DNA of 64,000 bases from an uncultured Alphaproteobacteria bacterium (GTDB taxonomy: Bacteria > Pseudomonadota > Alphaproteobacteria > HIMB59 > GCA-002718135), in contig CACLBK010000002.1 in the NCBI GenBank assembly GCA_902605135.1, positions 2,164 to 66,163 on the forward strand. Direction: 5' to 3'. The position numbers were made by a program, and so were the translations under genes. Positions 23,190 to 33,898 of this stretch are shown here, piece by piece. Under the pieces are notes generated by a model. It was not told the origin of the DNA. It did not search any database and was given only the letters and a program-made list of their open reading frames with translations. Position 1 is the stretch's first letter. Every line of letters begins with the position of its first letter.

Positions 23190-24992
23190 ATGTTCTATTC
23201 AGATGACAAAAAACAATATTCAGTACTTAATAGAAGAACTTTTTTTTTATATTTATTAAAGATATCTTTTTTTGGTATTGTAGGATGGAGACTTTATGAC
23301 ATTCAAATAAAAGACTCTCAAAAATACAAAACACTCTCTAAAAATAATCAAATAGATATAGAAATTATATACCCTCTTAGAGGAATGATTTATGATATTA
23401 ATGACAAGATTTTAGCATCTAATACTAAAGTTTTTGATGTATATATAATTCCTGAAAATACAAAAAACATAAATAAATCTCTAAACGAGTTAAATCAAAT
23501 TATTAAAATAGATTTTAGTGATAGAAGAAAAATAATAGAATTATCTAAAAAAGTTAAAAAATTTGAAAAAATAAAAGTATTAGAAAATATTAATTGGTCA
23601 GAGCTTGAAAAAATTGAATCAAATAAACTTAATATAGAGGGTATATTTATTTCTCAAGATTATATGAGAATTTATAATTATAATAATACAGTTTCACATT
23701 TAATTGGATATACAAATAAACCTAATCGAGAAGAAGTAGAATTACCTTTTATTGCAAATATGCCTAATTTAGAAATAGGAAAAGATGGTATTGAAAAAAC
23801 TTTTAATCCTAATCTAATTGGTAAATCAGGACAAAGAGAGATTGAAGTAAACTCTTATGGAAGAGTAATTCGTGAAATATCTAGGCAAGATAGTCAAAAA
23901 GGGAATGATATTCAAATTACTATCGACCTAAGAATTCAACAATATGTTCTGAATTTATTAAAAGAACATAAAGCAGGATCAGTGGTGCTTATGGATATTA
24001 ACAATGGTAACATCTTGTGTATGGCTTCTACCCCATCTTATAACCCTAATAAAATTATACAAAAACCAAATAAAGAATATTGGGATTCAATTTTAGAGAA
24101 TGAACACTCACCACTAACTTACAGATGTATTCAGGGTTTGTATGCCCCAGGCTCAACTTTTAAAATGATTGTTGCGATAGCTGGAATAGTACATGGAGTA
24201 ATAGATACTAATACAAAACATTTTTGTAGAGGAAAAATCGGTTTAGGTGATAGACTTTATCATTGTTGGAAAAATAATGGTCACGGATTAATGAATGTAA
24301 GTGATGCAATTAAAGAATCATGTGATGTTTTTTTCTATGAAATCTCAAAAAAAATTGGCATAGATAAAATTGCTAAAGTTGCTGAAGATTTTGGGTTAGG
24401 AAAAATTTATGATGTACCTTTACCTAAACAAAAAAAAGGAATTATTCCATCACGTGATTGGAAAAAGAAAAAATATGATCAAAGTTGGTATCCTGGAGAG
24501 ACTTTAATCTCAGCAATTGGACAGGGTTTTGTATTAACTAATCCACTGCAACTAGCTGTCATGACTTCCATTATTGCTTCTAATGGAAAAAATGTAAAAC
24601 CAAATATTATAAAACAAAATAATGAAATTGAATTTGAAAAGTTAGAAAAATACCAAAATGCAATTAAAATTATTAAAAGCTCGATGTTTAAAGTAGTTAA
24701 TGAAAGTAAAGGTACAGCTTATAATTCAAGATCTGAAACTACTCCTTTTGCAGGTAAGACAGGAACTTCACAAGTTAGAAGAATAACTGTAGCTGAAAGA
24801 GAAAGTGAAGATTTTAGGAAAAAAGAAGTAGAATGGAAACAAAGAGATCACGCTTTATTTGTTGGATATATGCCAGTTCAAAAACCTAAATATGCTGTTT
24901 CAGTTGTTATTGAACATGGAGGTTCAGGGGCATCAACTGCAGCACCTATAGCAAAAGACATTTTTCAATTTACAAAAAAACTAGAAACTTAA
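23190..24992 (+). CDS. mrdA: Penicillin-binding protein 2 (elongasome transpeptidase)
   Basis: SxxK (GSTFKM), KTGTSQ, an N-terminal TM helix and a PBP dimerisation domain. Precedes rodA. Confidence 0.9.
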   Translation: MFYSDDKKQYSVLNRRTFFLYLLKISFFGIVGWRLYDIQIKDSQKYKTLSKNNQIDIEIIYPLRGMIYDINDKILASNTKVFDVYIIPENTKNINKSLNELNQIIKIDFSDRRKIIELSKKVKKFEKIKVLENINWSELEKIESNKLNIEGIFISQDYMRIYNYNNTVSHLIGYTNKPNREEVELPFIANMPNLEIGKDGIEKTFNPNLIGKSGQREIEVNSYGRVIREISRQDSQKGNDIQITIDLRIQQYVLNLLKEHKAGSVVLMDINNGNILCMASTPSYNPNKIIQKPNKEYWDSILENEHSPLTYRCIQGLYAPGSTFKMIVAIAGIVHGVIDTNTKHFCRGKIGLGDRLYHCWKNNGHGLMNVSDAIKESCDVFFYEISKKIGIDKIAKVAEDFGLGKIYDVPLPKQKKGIIPSRDWKKKKYDQSWYPGETLISAIGQGFVLTNPLQLAVMTSIIASNGKNVKPNIIKQNNEIEFEKLEKYQNAIKIIKSSMFKVVNESKGTAYNSRSETTPFAGKTGTSQVRRITVAERESEDFRKKEVEWKQRDHALFVGYMPVQKPKYAVSVVIEHGGSGASTAAPIAKDIFQFTKKLET

Positions 24993-26089
24993 TGTTAAAT
25001 AAAATTCAAAACTTAAATTATTTATTGATTTTTTTAGTAATATTAATCTCATTTATTGGAGCAGCAGGTTTATATTCTGCTGCAGGAGGATCATATAGTC
25101 CTTGGGCATCAAGGCATTTAATAAGATTAGTTTTATTTATTTTTTTAGCAGTTATTCTAGCCTTAGTAAATATCAAGTATATTTATCAATTTGCATATTT
25201 TTTTTTTATCTTATCTTTATTACTTTTGCTATCTGTTGAATTAATTGGTGTTTTTGGTAAGGGCGCAACAAGATGGATCAATTTATTTGGTTTTAGTATT
25301 CAACCTTCAGAATTAATAAAAATAACTATTATACTAGCACTAGCAAGATTTTATCATGATCTAAAATTTGATGAAATTAAGCGAATAAAAAATTTATTTT
25401 TTCCAATTTTTATTTTATTTATACCATTTGTTTTAGTTGTTATACAGCCAGATCTTGGAACTGCTTTAAGTATAGCAATGCTTGGAATTTTGATTTTATT
25501 TGGAAGTGGAGTAAGAATTTGGAAGTTTGTATTAGGCTTTTTTGTTTTAATTTTATCAATTCCATTGTCATTAAATTACTTACAGCCATATCAAAAAGAT
25601 AGAATTTTCTCTTTCTTAAATCCTGAGGCTGATGCACTTGGCAGAGGATATCAACTTATACAATCTAAAATTGCTTTAGGATCTGGCGGTCTAACTGGAA
25701 AAGGTTTTTTAGAGGGTTCTCAATCTTATCTTCAGTATTTACCTGAAAAACAAACTGATTTTATTTTTACACTAATTGGAGAAGAATTTGGTTTTATTGG
25801 TACTATGTTTATAATTTTACTTTTTCTATTATTAATTTCAGTTTGTTTTTATATAAGTGTAAAATCAAACCATATTTTTGGTAGGATTCTCTCTATAGGC
25901 GTGGGCAGCAATTTATTTATATATGTGATAATGAACATATCTATGGTATCTGGATTAATGCCTGTTGTTGGAATTCCATTACCTTTAGTTTCTTATGGTG
26001 GATCAGCAATGCTTGCCATAATTTTATCTTTAGGACTAGTTCTTAATGCGGAATTGAATGGAAATTTAAAAAAATTGCATAATGCTTGA
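24992..26089 (+). CDS. rodA: SEDS glycosyltransferase RodA
   Basis: Polytopic SEDS-family blocks QPSELIKI, DLGTAL, TDFIF and GIPLPLVSYGGSA. Confidence 0.9.
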   Translation: MLNKIQNLNYLLIFLVILISFIGAAGLYSAAGGSYSPWASRHLIRLVLFIFLAVILALVNIKYIYQFAYFFFILSLLLLLSVELIGVFGKGATRWINLFGFSIQPSELIKITIILALARFYHDLKFDEIKRIKNLFFPIFILFIPFVLVVIQPDLGTALSIAMLGILILFGSGVRIWKFVLGFFVLILSIPLSLNYLQPYQKDRIFSFLNPEADALGRGYQLIQSKIALGSGGLTGKGFLEGSQSYLQYLPEKQTDFIFTLIGEEFGFIGTMFIILLFLLLISVCFYISVKSNHIFGRILSIGVGSNLFIYVIMNISMVSGLMPVVGIPLPLVSYGGSAMLAIILSLGLVLNAELNGNLKKLHNA

Positions 26090-26849
26090 AATAAATAATG
26101 TTAATAAATTTTTTGGAGGATTAAAAGCAGTTTATAACGCATCAATGAAAGTTGAAATGGGTTCAATTACAGGTTTAATAGGTCCAAATGGAGCAGGAAA
26201 AACAACATTATTTAATACTATTGCAGGATTATATGATCCAGATGAGGGAAATATAATTCTTAATAATGAAGATATTTCTTTTTTAAAACCTCATGAATTG
26301 TTTGAAAAGGGAGTTTTAAGAACTTTTCAAATTGCCCATGAGTTTTCAACCTTAACTGTCCTTGAAAATTTAATGATGGTGCCACCAAATCAATATGGTG
26401 AAAAATTATCATACGCTCTTTTAAGTAACACAAAAGTAAAAAAGCAAGAAGAAGAAATAAGAGCTAAAGCAATTGAGGTAATTAATTTTTTAAATCTAAC
26501 TCATTTAACTCAAGAATTAGCAGGTAATTTATCTGGGGGTCAAAAAAAATTACTTGAATTAGGTAGAACTATGATGGTTGATCCAAAAATAGTTTTACTT
26601 GATGAAGTAGGAGCTGGTGTTAATCGTACACTTCTTAATGAAATTACAGATGCTATTTTGCGATTGAATAAAGAAAAAAATTATACTTTTTTTGTTATTG
26701 AGCATGATATGGATCTTATTCAAAAAATTTGTGACCCTGTTATAGTCATGGCCGAAGGCTCAGTTTTATTTAAAGGAAATTTTGAAGAAGTTAAAAATAA
26801 CGATACAGTTATCGAAGCATATTTAGGTAAAGGTATTAATAAGAATTAA
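26082..26849 (+). CDS. livG: Branched-chain/general amino acid ABC transporter ATPase (LivG type)
   Basis: Walker A GPNGAGKTT, signature LSGGQKKLLELGR, and the LivG-type C-terminal AYLG. Confidence 0.9.
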   Translation: MLEINNVNKFFGGLKAVYNASMKVEMGSITGLIGPNGAGKTTLFNTIAGLYDPDEGNIILNNEDISFLKPHELFEKGVLRTFQIAHEFSTLTVLENLMMVPPNQYGEKLSYALLSNTKVKKQEEEIRAKAIEVINFLNLTHLTQELAGNLSGGQKKLLELGRTMMVDPKIVLLDEVGAGVNRTLLNEITDAILRLNKEKNYTFFVIEHDMDLIQKICDPVIVMAEGSVLFKGNFEEVKNNDTVIEAYLGKGINKN

Positions 26850-26855
26850 AATTTT

Positions 26856-27560
26856 ATGAATAATTTAAAAGGTAAAAACTTAACTGCTGGATATGGAGGG
26901 ATTGATATTATTAAAGATATCAATTTAGAAGTAAATGAAGGTGAGATTGTTGTTATAGTTGGTCCAAATGGAGCAGGTAAATCAACAGCAATGAAAGCTT
27001 TACTTGGTATGCTAAGTTTAACATCTGGGTCTGTAGAATATTCTAAAAAAGAAATTTCTTCAATGTTACCTCAAAATAGAATTAACTTGGGATTGGCATT
27101 TGTTCCTCAAACAAACAATGTATTTACAGGTATGACAGTAGAAGAAAACTTAGAAATGGGGGGGTTTTTACGAGATGATGATATTATTCATACTATAAAT
27201 GATGTTTATGATCTTTTTCCAATTCTTAAAGAAAAAAGAAATCAAAGTGCTGGAGAGTTATCAGGTGGTCAGAGGCAACAAGTTGCATTTGGAAGAGCAC
27301 TTATGACTAAACCTAAAATTTTAATGTTAGATGAACCAACAGCCGGTGTTTCACCAATTGTTATGGATGAGTTATTTTCTAGAATAATTGAAGTTCGTAA
27401 AACTGGTGTTGGAATTCTTATGGTTGAACAAAATGCTAAACAAGCACTCAGTATTGCGGATAGAGGATATGTTTTAGTAAATGGAAAAAATAATCATGAA
27501 GGCTCAGGAGAAGAGCTTTTAAATAACTCAGAAGTTCGAAAGTCTTTCTTAGGAGGTTAA
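26856..27560 (+). CDS. livF: Branched-chain/general amino acid ABC transporter ATPase (LivF type)
   Basis: Walker A GPNGAGKST, signature LSGGQRQQ, and LivF-type length. Confidence 0.9.
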   Translation: MNNLKGKNLTAGYGGIDIIKDINLEVNEGEIVVIVGPNGAGKSTAMKALLGMLSLTSGSVEYSKKEISSMLPQNRINLGLAFVPQTNNVFTGMTVEENLEMGGFLRDDDIIHTINDVYDLFPILKEKRNQSAGELSGGQRQQVAFGRALMTKPKILMLDEPTAGVSPIVMDELFSRIIEVRKTGVGILMVEQNAKQALSIADRGYVLVNGKNNHEGSGEELLNNSEVRKSFLGG

Positions 27561-28574
27561 ATGATTGATTTTTTAAACTCTGTTATTGTCCTTCTTAATT
27601 TTATTATCATACCTGGAATAACATATGGTTCTCAATTAGCAATCGGTGCACTCGGTGTTACTTTTGTGTACGCTATTCTGCGTTTTGCAAACTTTGCCCA
27701 CGGAGAAATCATGTCATTTGGAGCGATGATAACAATTTTATTTACTTGGTTTTTTCAATCACAAAATATTGGATTAGGAATTTTACCTACAGCTTTAATT
27801 GCCTTACCCATTGGTATAGTAGCAACAATTATTTTATGCATTATTTCAGATAAATTTGTTTTTCAATATTATAGGTATCAAAAAAGTGTTCCAGTTGTTT
27901 TAGCAATGGTCTCTATTGGGGTAATGTTTGTAATTAATGCTATAATTAGAATTATTATAGGAACAGAAACAATTAAATTTTCTGATGGTCAAAAATTTAT
28001 CATGAAAGCCAAACAATTTAAAGTAATGACCGGTTTAAATGAAGGTTTAGCCTTAAAGTCATCACAAGTTATAACAATATTAATTACTATTGCTTTATTA
28101 ACTTTTACTTTTTGGTTTTTACAAAAAACAAAAACAGGAAAATCGATGAGAGCATTTTCAGACAATGAAGACTTAGCATTATTATCTGGTATTAACCCTG
28201 ACAGAGTTGTTTTTATTACATGGGTTATTGTTGGAGTCCTTGCCTGTGTCGCTGGTACTTTGTATGGTTTAGATAAAAGTTATAAACCAATTATTTATTT
28301 AAACTTAGTCTTACCTATATTTGCTTCTGCGATTGTCGGTGGTATCGGCAGCCCTTTTGGTGCTGTAGTAGGTGGTTATGTAATTGCTTTTTCTGAAATA
28401 ATGGTCACATACGCTTATAAGAAATTTTTTGTATATATATTGCCAAGTTCACTAGAACCTTCAGGTTTAGTACAACTACTGTCAACAGATTATAAATTTG
28501 CTGTATCTTTCTCAATTTTAGTCATCGTTTTACTAATAAGGCCGTCCGGTATATTTAAAGGAAGAGTCTTGTGA
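27561..28574 (+). CDS. livH: Amino acid ABC transporter permease (LivH type)
   Basis: Polytopic permease with the LivH-like FAHGE motif. Located in the liv cluster. Confidence 0.85.
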   Translation: MIDFLNSVIVLLNFIIIPGITYGSQLAIGALGVTFVYAILRFANFAHGEIMSFGAMITILFTWFFQSQNIGLGILPTALIALPIGIVATIILCIISDKFVFQYYRYQKSVPVVLAMVSIGVMFVINAIIRIIIGTETIKFSDGQKFIMKAKQFKVMTGLNEGLALKSSQVITILITIALLTFTFWFLQKTKTGKSMRAFSDNEDLALLSGINPDRVVFITWVIVGVLACVAGTLYGLDKSYKPIIYLNLVLPIFASAIVGGIGSPFGAVVGGYVIAFSEIMVTYAYKKFFVYILPSSLEPSGLVQLLSTDYKFAVSFSILVIVLLIRPSGIFKGRVL

Positions 28575-29944
28575 TGAATTTTGAGAAATATGAATGGGTA
28601 GCAATTGCTATAATGGTTTCTTTATTTATTTTTGTTGGATTTATTCAAGGGTGGTCAGTTAGTTTAGTAATTTTAAATATGTGTATTATCTCAGCCATTA
28701 TGACGATGGGAGTTAATATTTCATGGGGTTATGCTGGTGTTATTAATTTTGGTGTCATGGGTTTTCTTGCTATGGGAGGTCTTGCAGCTGTCATTGTTTC
28801 TTATCCTCCTATAACCGAATCATGGAAAGCAGGTGGTACCGGAATTGGTGTTAGTTTTATTTTGCTTGTTATCTTGGTAACTGCTGTCATGTATATTAAT
28901 AAGACTGTAACAGATAAAAAAAACAGGTATATTTTTAATACCATATTTATCATTTTTGGTATTTTAGTAATCAGACATTTTTACTTAGATGCAACCGAGA
29001 GTATCGAGGATGTTAATCCTGCCATTGCAGGTTTTTTAGGCGGACTTGGTTTACCAATAATATTTTCCTGGATTGTTGGAGGATTTTTTGCTGCTGGTGT
29101 TGCCTTTATAATTGGTAAAGTTGCCCTTGGATTACGATCTGATTATTTGGCAATTGTAACTCTAGGTATTTCTGAAATAGTAGTTAGTGTTTTAAAACAT
29201 GAAGAATGGCTTTCTCGAGGTGTCAAAAACGTTATTGGATTAAAAAGACCAGTTCCATATGAAATTAATTTACAAAATACAGATTGGTTCATAAATTTAA
29301 TTACATACCTTAATTCCTCAAAATTAAATAATATTGTTGATGTGAGTGATAGACAGCAAGTTTTAAATAATCTTATTATTGATGGCTCAGGAATATTTGT
29401 AAAATTATCTTATGCTGTTTTATTTTTAATTGTAATGTTCATCATTTTTTACTTTGCAAATAAAGCTCAATTATCTCCTTGGGGAAGAATGATGAGAGCT
29501 ATAAGAGATAATGAAACAGCAGCAAATGCAATGGGAAAGGATGTCGTAAAACAACATTTAATTATTTTCGTAATAGGTGCTGCAATTGTAGGAGTAGCTG
29601 GGGCAATGCTTGTCACTTTAGATGGATTATTTACTCCATCAGGATATAGGCCTCTTCGCTTTACTTTTATTATTTGGATCATGGTTATTGTTGGAGGTAG
29701 TGGAAATAATTTAGGAGCTATATTTGGTGGTTTTGTTATTTGGTTTTCTTGGATTGAAGCAGCACCACTTACAACATTTATTATCAATCAACTTACAGCA
29801 GGATTAGAACCAACTAATGCTCTAAAATTACATTTACTCGATAGCGTTCCTTATTTTAGATACTTATTTATGGGTTTAATTTTATTATTAATTTTACGCT
29901 ATAGGCCTAAAGGAATAATACCTGAAAAAATTAGACACTCTTAA
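28571..29944 (+). CDS. livM: Amino acid ABC transporter permease (LivM type, extended)
   Basis: Polytopic with the LivM-like block RAIRDNETAA. 4-nt overlap with livH. Confidence 0.85.
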   Translation: MMNFEKYEWVAIAIMVSLFIFVGFIQGWSVSLVILNMCIISAIMTMGVNISWGYAGVINFGVMGFLAMGGLAAVIVSYPPITESWKAGGTGIGVSFILLVILVTAVMYINKTVTDKKNRYIFNTIFIIFGILVIRHFYLDATESIEDVNPAIAGFLGGLGLPIIFSWIVGGFFAAGVAFIIGKVALGLRSDYLAIVTLGISEIVVSVLKHEEWLSRGVKNVIGLKRPVPYEINLQNTDWFINLITYLNSSKLNNIVDVSDRQQVLNNLIIDGSGIFVKLSYAVLFLIVMFIIFYFANKAQLSPWGRMMRAIRDNETAANAMGKDVVKQHLIIFVIGAAIVGVAGAMLVTLDGLFTPSGYRPLRFTFIIWIMVIVGGSGNNLGAIFGGFVIWFSWIEAAPLTTFIINQLTAGLEPTNALKLHLLDSVPYFRYLFMGLILLLILRYRPKGIIPEKIRHS

Positions 29945-29945
29945 T

Positions 29946-30545
29946 TTAAGGTAGTAAAATTTCTTCACCTTTTTTTAAATTTAAAACAGTTACACCTTCC
30001 ACTTCTTTTATTAATTGTTTAAAGCTAATTCCTCTAGGTTTTAGGTACTTTGCTCTAAGTGGGCTCATTAGAGCATTAAATTTATTATTAATATTTTCAT
30101 CTTTAAAATCTTTCAAAAATAAGACATCATCACTTATCATTGATATATCTTGGTAAGGATAGTCATTCATAAAAATAGCAGCAACAGGTTTAATACTAAG
30201 ATCTAAATCTGTTTTGCATAATTTAGGGATAAGCATGAAAACTATATCTTTATAATTAATATGATCTATTCCAATAATACTATAGCATTCTTTGCAATAT
30301 ATTCTTGTTGAGCTTGAATTATTACGTAATTGATATGCATGCATATATTTAATTCCCTCAACATCTTTGATATCAGATCGCACATAAATTAATTTTTGTA
30401 ATCTATCAGGTAATGGACCCCCCTTAGAATACCCCCATTGTCCAGCTTGACGACAATCCTCACAACCACAAAATAATGAGTAGTAAATTTTATTTTCATT
30501 TAAAAAAATTTTACACTTCTCACAATTACATTTTATTACAGACAT
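29946..30545 (-). CDS. Gfa-like (glutathione-dependent formaldehyde-activating family) zinc protein
   Basis: The cysteine pattern CNC ... CGCEDC ... CKEC reproduces the Gfa-family arrangement CxC / CxCxxC / CxxC of two zinc sites. Confidence 0.6.
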   Translation of the reverse strand: MSVIKCNCEKCKIFLNENKIYYSLFCGCEDCRQAGQWGYSKGGPLPDRLQKLIYVRSDIKDVEGIKYMHAYQLRNNSSSTRIYCKECYSIIGIDHINYKDIVFMLIPKLCKTDLDLSIKPVAAIFMNDYPYQDISMISDDVLFLKDFKDENINNKFNALMSPLRAKYLKPRGISFKQLIKEVEGVTVLNLKKGEEILLP

Positions 30546-30583
30546 AATTAATTCATTTTAACATTATTAATTTTTTATCAAAT

Positions 30584-30613
30584 AAAAAAACCCCGGTATA
30601 AAACCGGGGTTTT
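30584..30613 (-). terminator. Rho-independent terminator of the livJ-type gene
   Basis: Minus strand: CCCCGGT-TTTAT-ACCGGGG followed by T7. This is a GC-rich stem in an AT-rich context, about 25 nt after the stop codon. Confidence 0.85.
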
Positions 30614-30635
30614 GTAAAATATATTAAGCTAATTA

Positions 30636-31817
30636 TTAAAGAGCACCAACAGTAACAAATTCGCCACCACTAACTTCTAACTCTTTAAACGCACCAGCTG
30701 CATCACCAAACGCATTAAATTCTACGTCTGTAGCACCTTGGTAGTCAATATCTTTACCTGCAGCTAACATTTGTAAGCCGTATGATAATTGACCAGGATT
30801 AATTACAATACCTGGAGCATTAGATACTTTACTAATATTGTTTAAGATTGATTGCTTATCAGCAGATCCACCAGCTTGAATTGCTAGAGCAATAATTGCT
30901 GCAGCATCATAAGATTCTCCAACATACGGAGCACTTCCATCCATGCCTTTAGCGGCTGCTAGTTCACCAAACTTTGCTGAACCTTTTGAAATTGCACCTG
31001 GCATTGAACCAAATGAACCTTCTAAATCTGCACCTATATTATCAACAATTGATTGACCAATCATACCATCAGAAAGTACAAAAGTATCAAATGCACCTGA
31101 ATCTAAAGATGCTTCGATCATTCCTTTTCCACCATCATCGATATAACCAATAACTAGTAGTGCGTCTCCACCAGCTGATGCAAGAACACCAACTTCTGAT
31201 GAATAATCAGCTTTTCCATCTTCGTGTGCAGCAGATGCTGTAATAGTTCCGCCACCACGTGCAAATGAAGCTTCAAATACTTCAGCTAAACCTTTTCCAT
31301 AGTCATTGTTAGTATACGTTACCGCAATACTCTCAATTCCTCTACTTAAAGCAAGTTTAGCTAATACTTGACCACCTTTTGCATCAGATGGAGCAGTACG
31401 CCAAAAAGTTCCATTGTCAGGAACTTTACTTAGACCTGGTGAAGTTGCAGATGGAGATACCATTAAGATACCATTTGGTACTGCAACGTTAGCATTAATA
31501 GCTCCTGTTACACCTGAACAGTCAGCGCCCATAATAGCAGTAACGCCATCAGCTACCAATCCTTCAGCAGCAGCTGTTGCAGCTGCAGAATCAACACAAG
31601 TTGAGTCAGCTTCTAGGATAGTAATTGTTTCGCCACCTAATAGGTTTCCAGAGTTTGATGCTTCATCAAAAGCCATTCTAGCACCATCTCTCATAGCAGG
31701 AGTTAAAGATTCAATTGGTCCTGTAAAACCAAGAATAATTCCTACTTTAATTTCTGCCATTGCAGCAGTCGTTACAGTCGACAAACTTACAATAACAGCA
31801 AGAAGTAATTTTTTCAT
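30636..31817 (-). CDS. livJ: Periplasmic amino acid-binding protein, LivJ/LivK (type I PBP) family
   Basis: Signal peptide ending AMA. Leu/Ile/Val-binding-protein-like blocks (KVGIILGFTGP, GADCSG, YTNNDYGKG). Ala/Gly-rich and compositionally distinct from its neighbours. Confidence 0.85.
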   Translation of the reverse strand: MKKLLLAVIVSLSTVTTAAMAEIKVGIILGFTGPIESLTPAMRDGARMAFDEASNSGNLLGGETITILEADSTCVDSAAATAAAEGLVADGVTAIMGADCSGVTGAINANVAVPNGILMVSPSATSPGLSKVPDNGTFWRTAPSDAKGGQVLAKLALSRGIESIAVTYTNNDYGKGLAEVFEASFARGGGTITASAAHEDGKADYSSEVGVLASAGGDALLVIGYIDDGGKGMIEASLDSGAFDTFVLSDGMIGQSIVDNIGADLEGSFGSMPGAISKGSAKFGELAAAKGMDGSAPYVGESYDAAAIIALAIQAGGSADKQSILNNISKVSNAPGIVINPGQLSYGLQMLAAGKDIDYQGATDVEFNAFGDAAGAFKELEVSGGEFVTVGAL

Positions 31818-31967
31818 ATTTCCTCCAAAAAAGTATACTTTTTTATAATTTACCTCATATACTAGTTATAAAAATCAATCATGCAGTTTTTTGCATAAAA
31901 ATACCCAATGATTAAGCCAAAAACCACAAATTGACTTCATTTGCCTCTCCAGATAAAGATCAAATTT

Positions 31968-32948
31968 ATGACTATTGGAATTCTTGGAGGTGGCGTCTGG
32001 GGAAGTGCTCTCGCAAGAGTTCTAAGTAAAAATAAAGTCCTTATTTATTCAAGAGATCAAAATATTGTTAAATCAATAAATGAGCATAAATTAAATCCAA
32101 AATTAAAATATAGTTCTTTCAATGATAATGTTTCAGCTTCTTCAACTTTAAAAGATATTAGAAAGGTAAAATATTTATTTATTACTTTACCTGTGCAAAA
32201 TATTAGAGAGATAATTAAAGAACCTTCTTTACATAATAAAGATCATCATATTATTATTTGTTCAAAAGGAATTGAGATAACTTCGTCTAAATATTTAACT
32301 GAAGTATTTAAAGAAATAATGCCTTTTAAATCAATTAGTATTTTATCAGGACCATCTTTTTCTAATGAAGTATCTCAGGGTTTGCCAACTGCAGTAACAC
32401 TTGCTACAAAAGATAAAAAAGATTTTGATCATATTTCTAAACTTATACCTAACAAAAAGTTTAGAATTTATTATTCAAATGATTTAATTGGAACGCAGAT
32501 AGGTGGTTCGTTAAAAAATATTTATGCAATAGCTGCAGGTATTGCAGAAGGCTTAAATTTAGGTGAAAATGCAAAAAGTGCACTCATATCTAGATCATTT
32601 GCAGAAATGACACGATACGCAAAAAAATTTAAAGCTGATAAAAATACATTATTTGGTTTATCTGGACTTGGTGATCTGATTTTAACATGCAGCTCTACAA
32701 ACTCTCGCAATACACAGTTTGGTATTAAATTAGCTTCTTCAAAATATGATAATTTTTTAGATCTTTTACATTCGCAAGAGGTAACAGAAGGTTATTATAC
32801 AGTTAAAGCAGTCTATAATATTTCAAAAAAAAATAAAATTGATATGCCAATTATGGAGTCCGTATACAATATACTTTATAAGCAGCATGATTTAAAAGAA
32901 GAACTAAGTAATTTACTAAGTAGACCTATAACAGAAGAAAAAATTTAA
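31968..32948 (+). CDS. gpsA: NAD(P)H-dependent glycerol-3-phosphate dehydrogenase
   Basis: GGGVWGSALA Rossmann motif, SGPSFSNEV and LKNIYAIAAGI. I prefer the ATG at 31968 (MTIGILGGG) over the ORF-track start at 31941. Confidence 0.9.
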   Translation: MTIGILGGGVWGSALARVLSKNKVLIYSRDQNIVKSINEHKLNPKLKYSSFNDNVSASSTLKDIRKVKYLFITLPVQNIREIIKEPSLHNKDHHIIICSKGIEITSSKYLTEVFKEIMPFKSISILSGPSFSNEVSQGLPTAVTLATKDKKDFDHISKLIPNKKFRIYYSNDLIGTQIGGSLKNIYAIAAGIAEGLNLGENAKSALISRSFAEMTRYAKKFKADKNTLFGLSGLGDLILTCSSTNSRNTQFGIKLASSKYDNFLDLLHSQEVTEGYYTVKAVYNISKKNKIDMPIMESVYNILYKQHDLKEELSNLLSRPITEEKI

Positions 32949-32952
32949 TTTG

Positions 32953-33897
32953 ATGACAAAGAAAACATTTTATAACTTAGATACAAGCTGGGTCAATAAT
33001 ACACAAATTAATTTAAGTGCTGTAGAGCGTCGAACATCTACCTTAACTAAAAGAAGAACTGTAAAAAAGGAATTTCAAGTTGCTTGGTTGTTAAAAGCTA
33101 TTACTTTGATTGACCTTACTACACTAAGTGGTGATGATACTTTTGGAAAAGTTGAAAGACTGTGTAATAAAGCTCTAAATCCTATTGATGATTATATTCT
33201 TCAGAATTTAGGACTAGTAAATAATACAGTAAGAGTAGGAGCTGTGTGTGTCTATCACCATCTAATAAAAGATTGTACAAAACTAATTCAAAACAAAATT
33301 CCAATCGCTGCAGTTTCTACGGGTTTTCCTGCAGGGTTATCATCTTATACGACTAGAAAAAAAGAAATTACTGACTCTATTAAAGATGGTGCTGATGAAA
33401 TCGATATTGTCATCAATAGAGGATATGTTCTCCAAAACAACTGGAAAAAATTATACGATGAGGTTCGTAGTTTTAAAGAAACTGCAGGTAAAACAAAAAT
33501 TAAAGCTATTCTTGGTGTTGGTGATCTTGAAACACTCCGAAACGTAGCAAAAGCATCTTTAGTTTGTATGATGGCTGGTACAGATTTTATTAAAACATCA
33601 ACTGGAAAAGAAAGTATAAACGCAAATCTTAATAATAGTCTTGTTATGTTAAGAATGATTAGAGATTTTCATACAAAAACTGGAAAAAAAATTGGCTTCA
33701 AACCAGCAGGTGGAATATCAACTGCAAAATCTGTTTTAGAATTTCTAATATTAGTAGCAGAAGAGCTAGGATTTAAATGGGTTAATCCTAAATTATTGCG
33801 AATTGGAGCTTCTAGTTTATTAATTGATATAGAAAGACAACTCTATCACTACACTAGTGGCAGGTATGCAAATAAAGAGAAACTTGCAATAGGATAA
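32953..33897 (+). CDS. deoC: Deoxyribose-phosphate aldolase, long (DERA-like, about 315 aa) form
   Basis: DeoC blocks DLTTL, EIDIVIN, the Schiff-base Lys context FIKTSTGK, and KPAGGI. Confidence 0.85.
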   Translation: MTKKTFYNLDTSWVNNTQINLSAVERRTSTLTKRRTVKKEFQVAWLLKAITLIDLTTLSGDDTFGKVERLCNKALNPIDDYILQNLGLVNNTVRVGAVCVYHHLIKDCTKLIQNKIPIAAVSTGFPAGLSSYTTRKKEITDSIKDGADEIDIVINRGYVLQNNWKKLYDEVRSFKETAGKTKIKAILGVGDLETLRNVAKASLVCMMAGTDFIKTSTGKESINANLNNSLVMLRMIRDFHTKTGKKIGFKPAGGISTAKSVLEFLILVAEELGFKWVNPKLLRIGASSLLIDIERQLYHYTSGRYANKEKLAIG

Positions 33898-33898
33898 T

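Noticed and set aside
31414-31848. 144-aa plus-strand ORF antisense to the livJ-type gene
   Set aside because: It is a by-product of the GC/Ala-rich codon composition of the real minus-strand gene, which has few stop codons in the antisense frame. It has no start context and no recognisable motifs.
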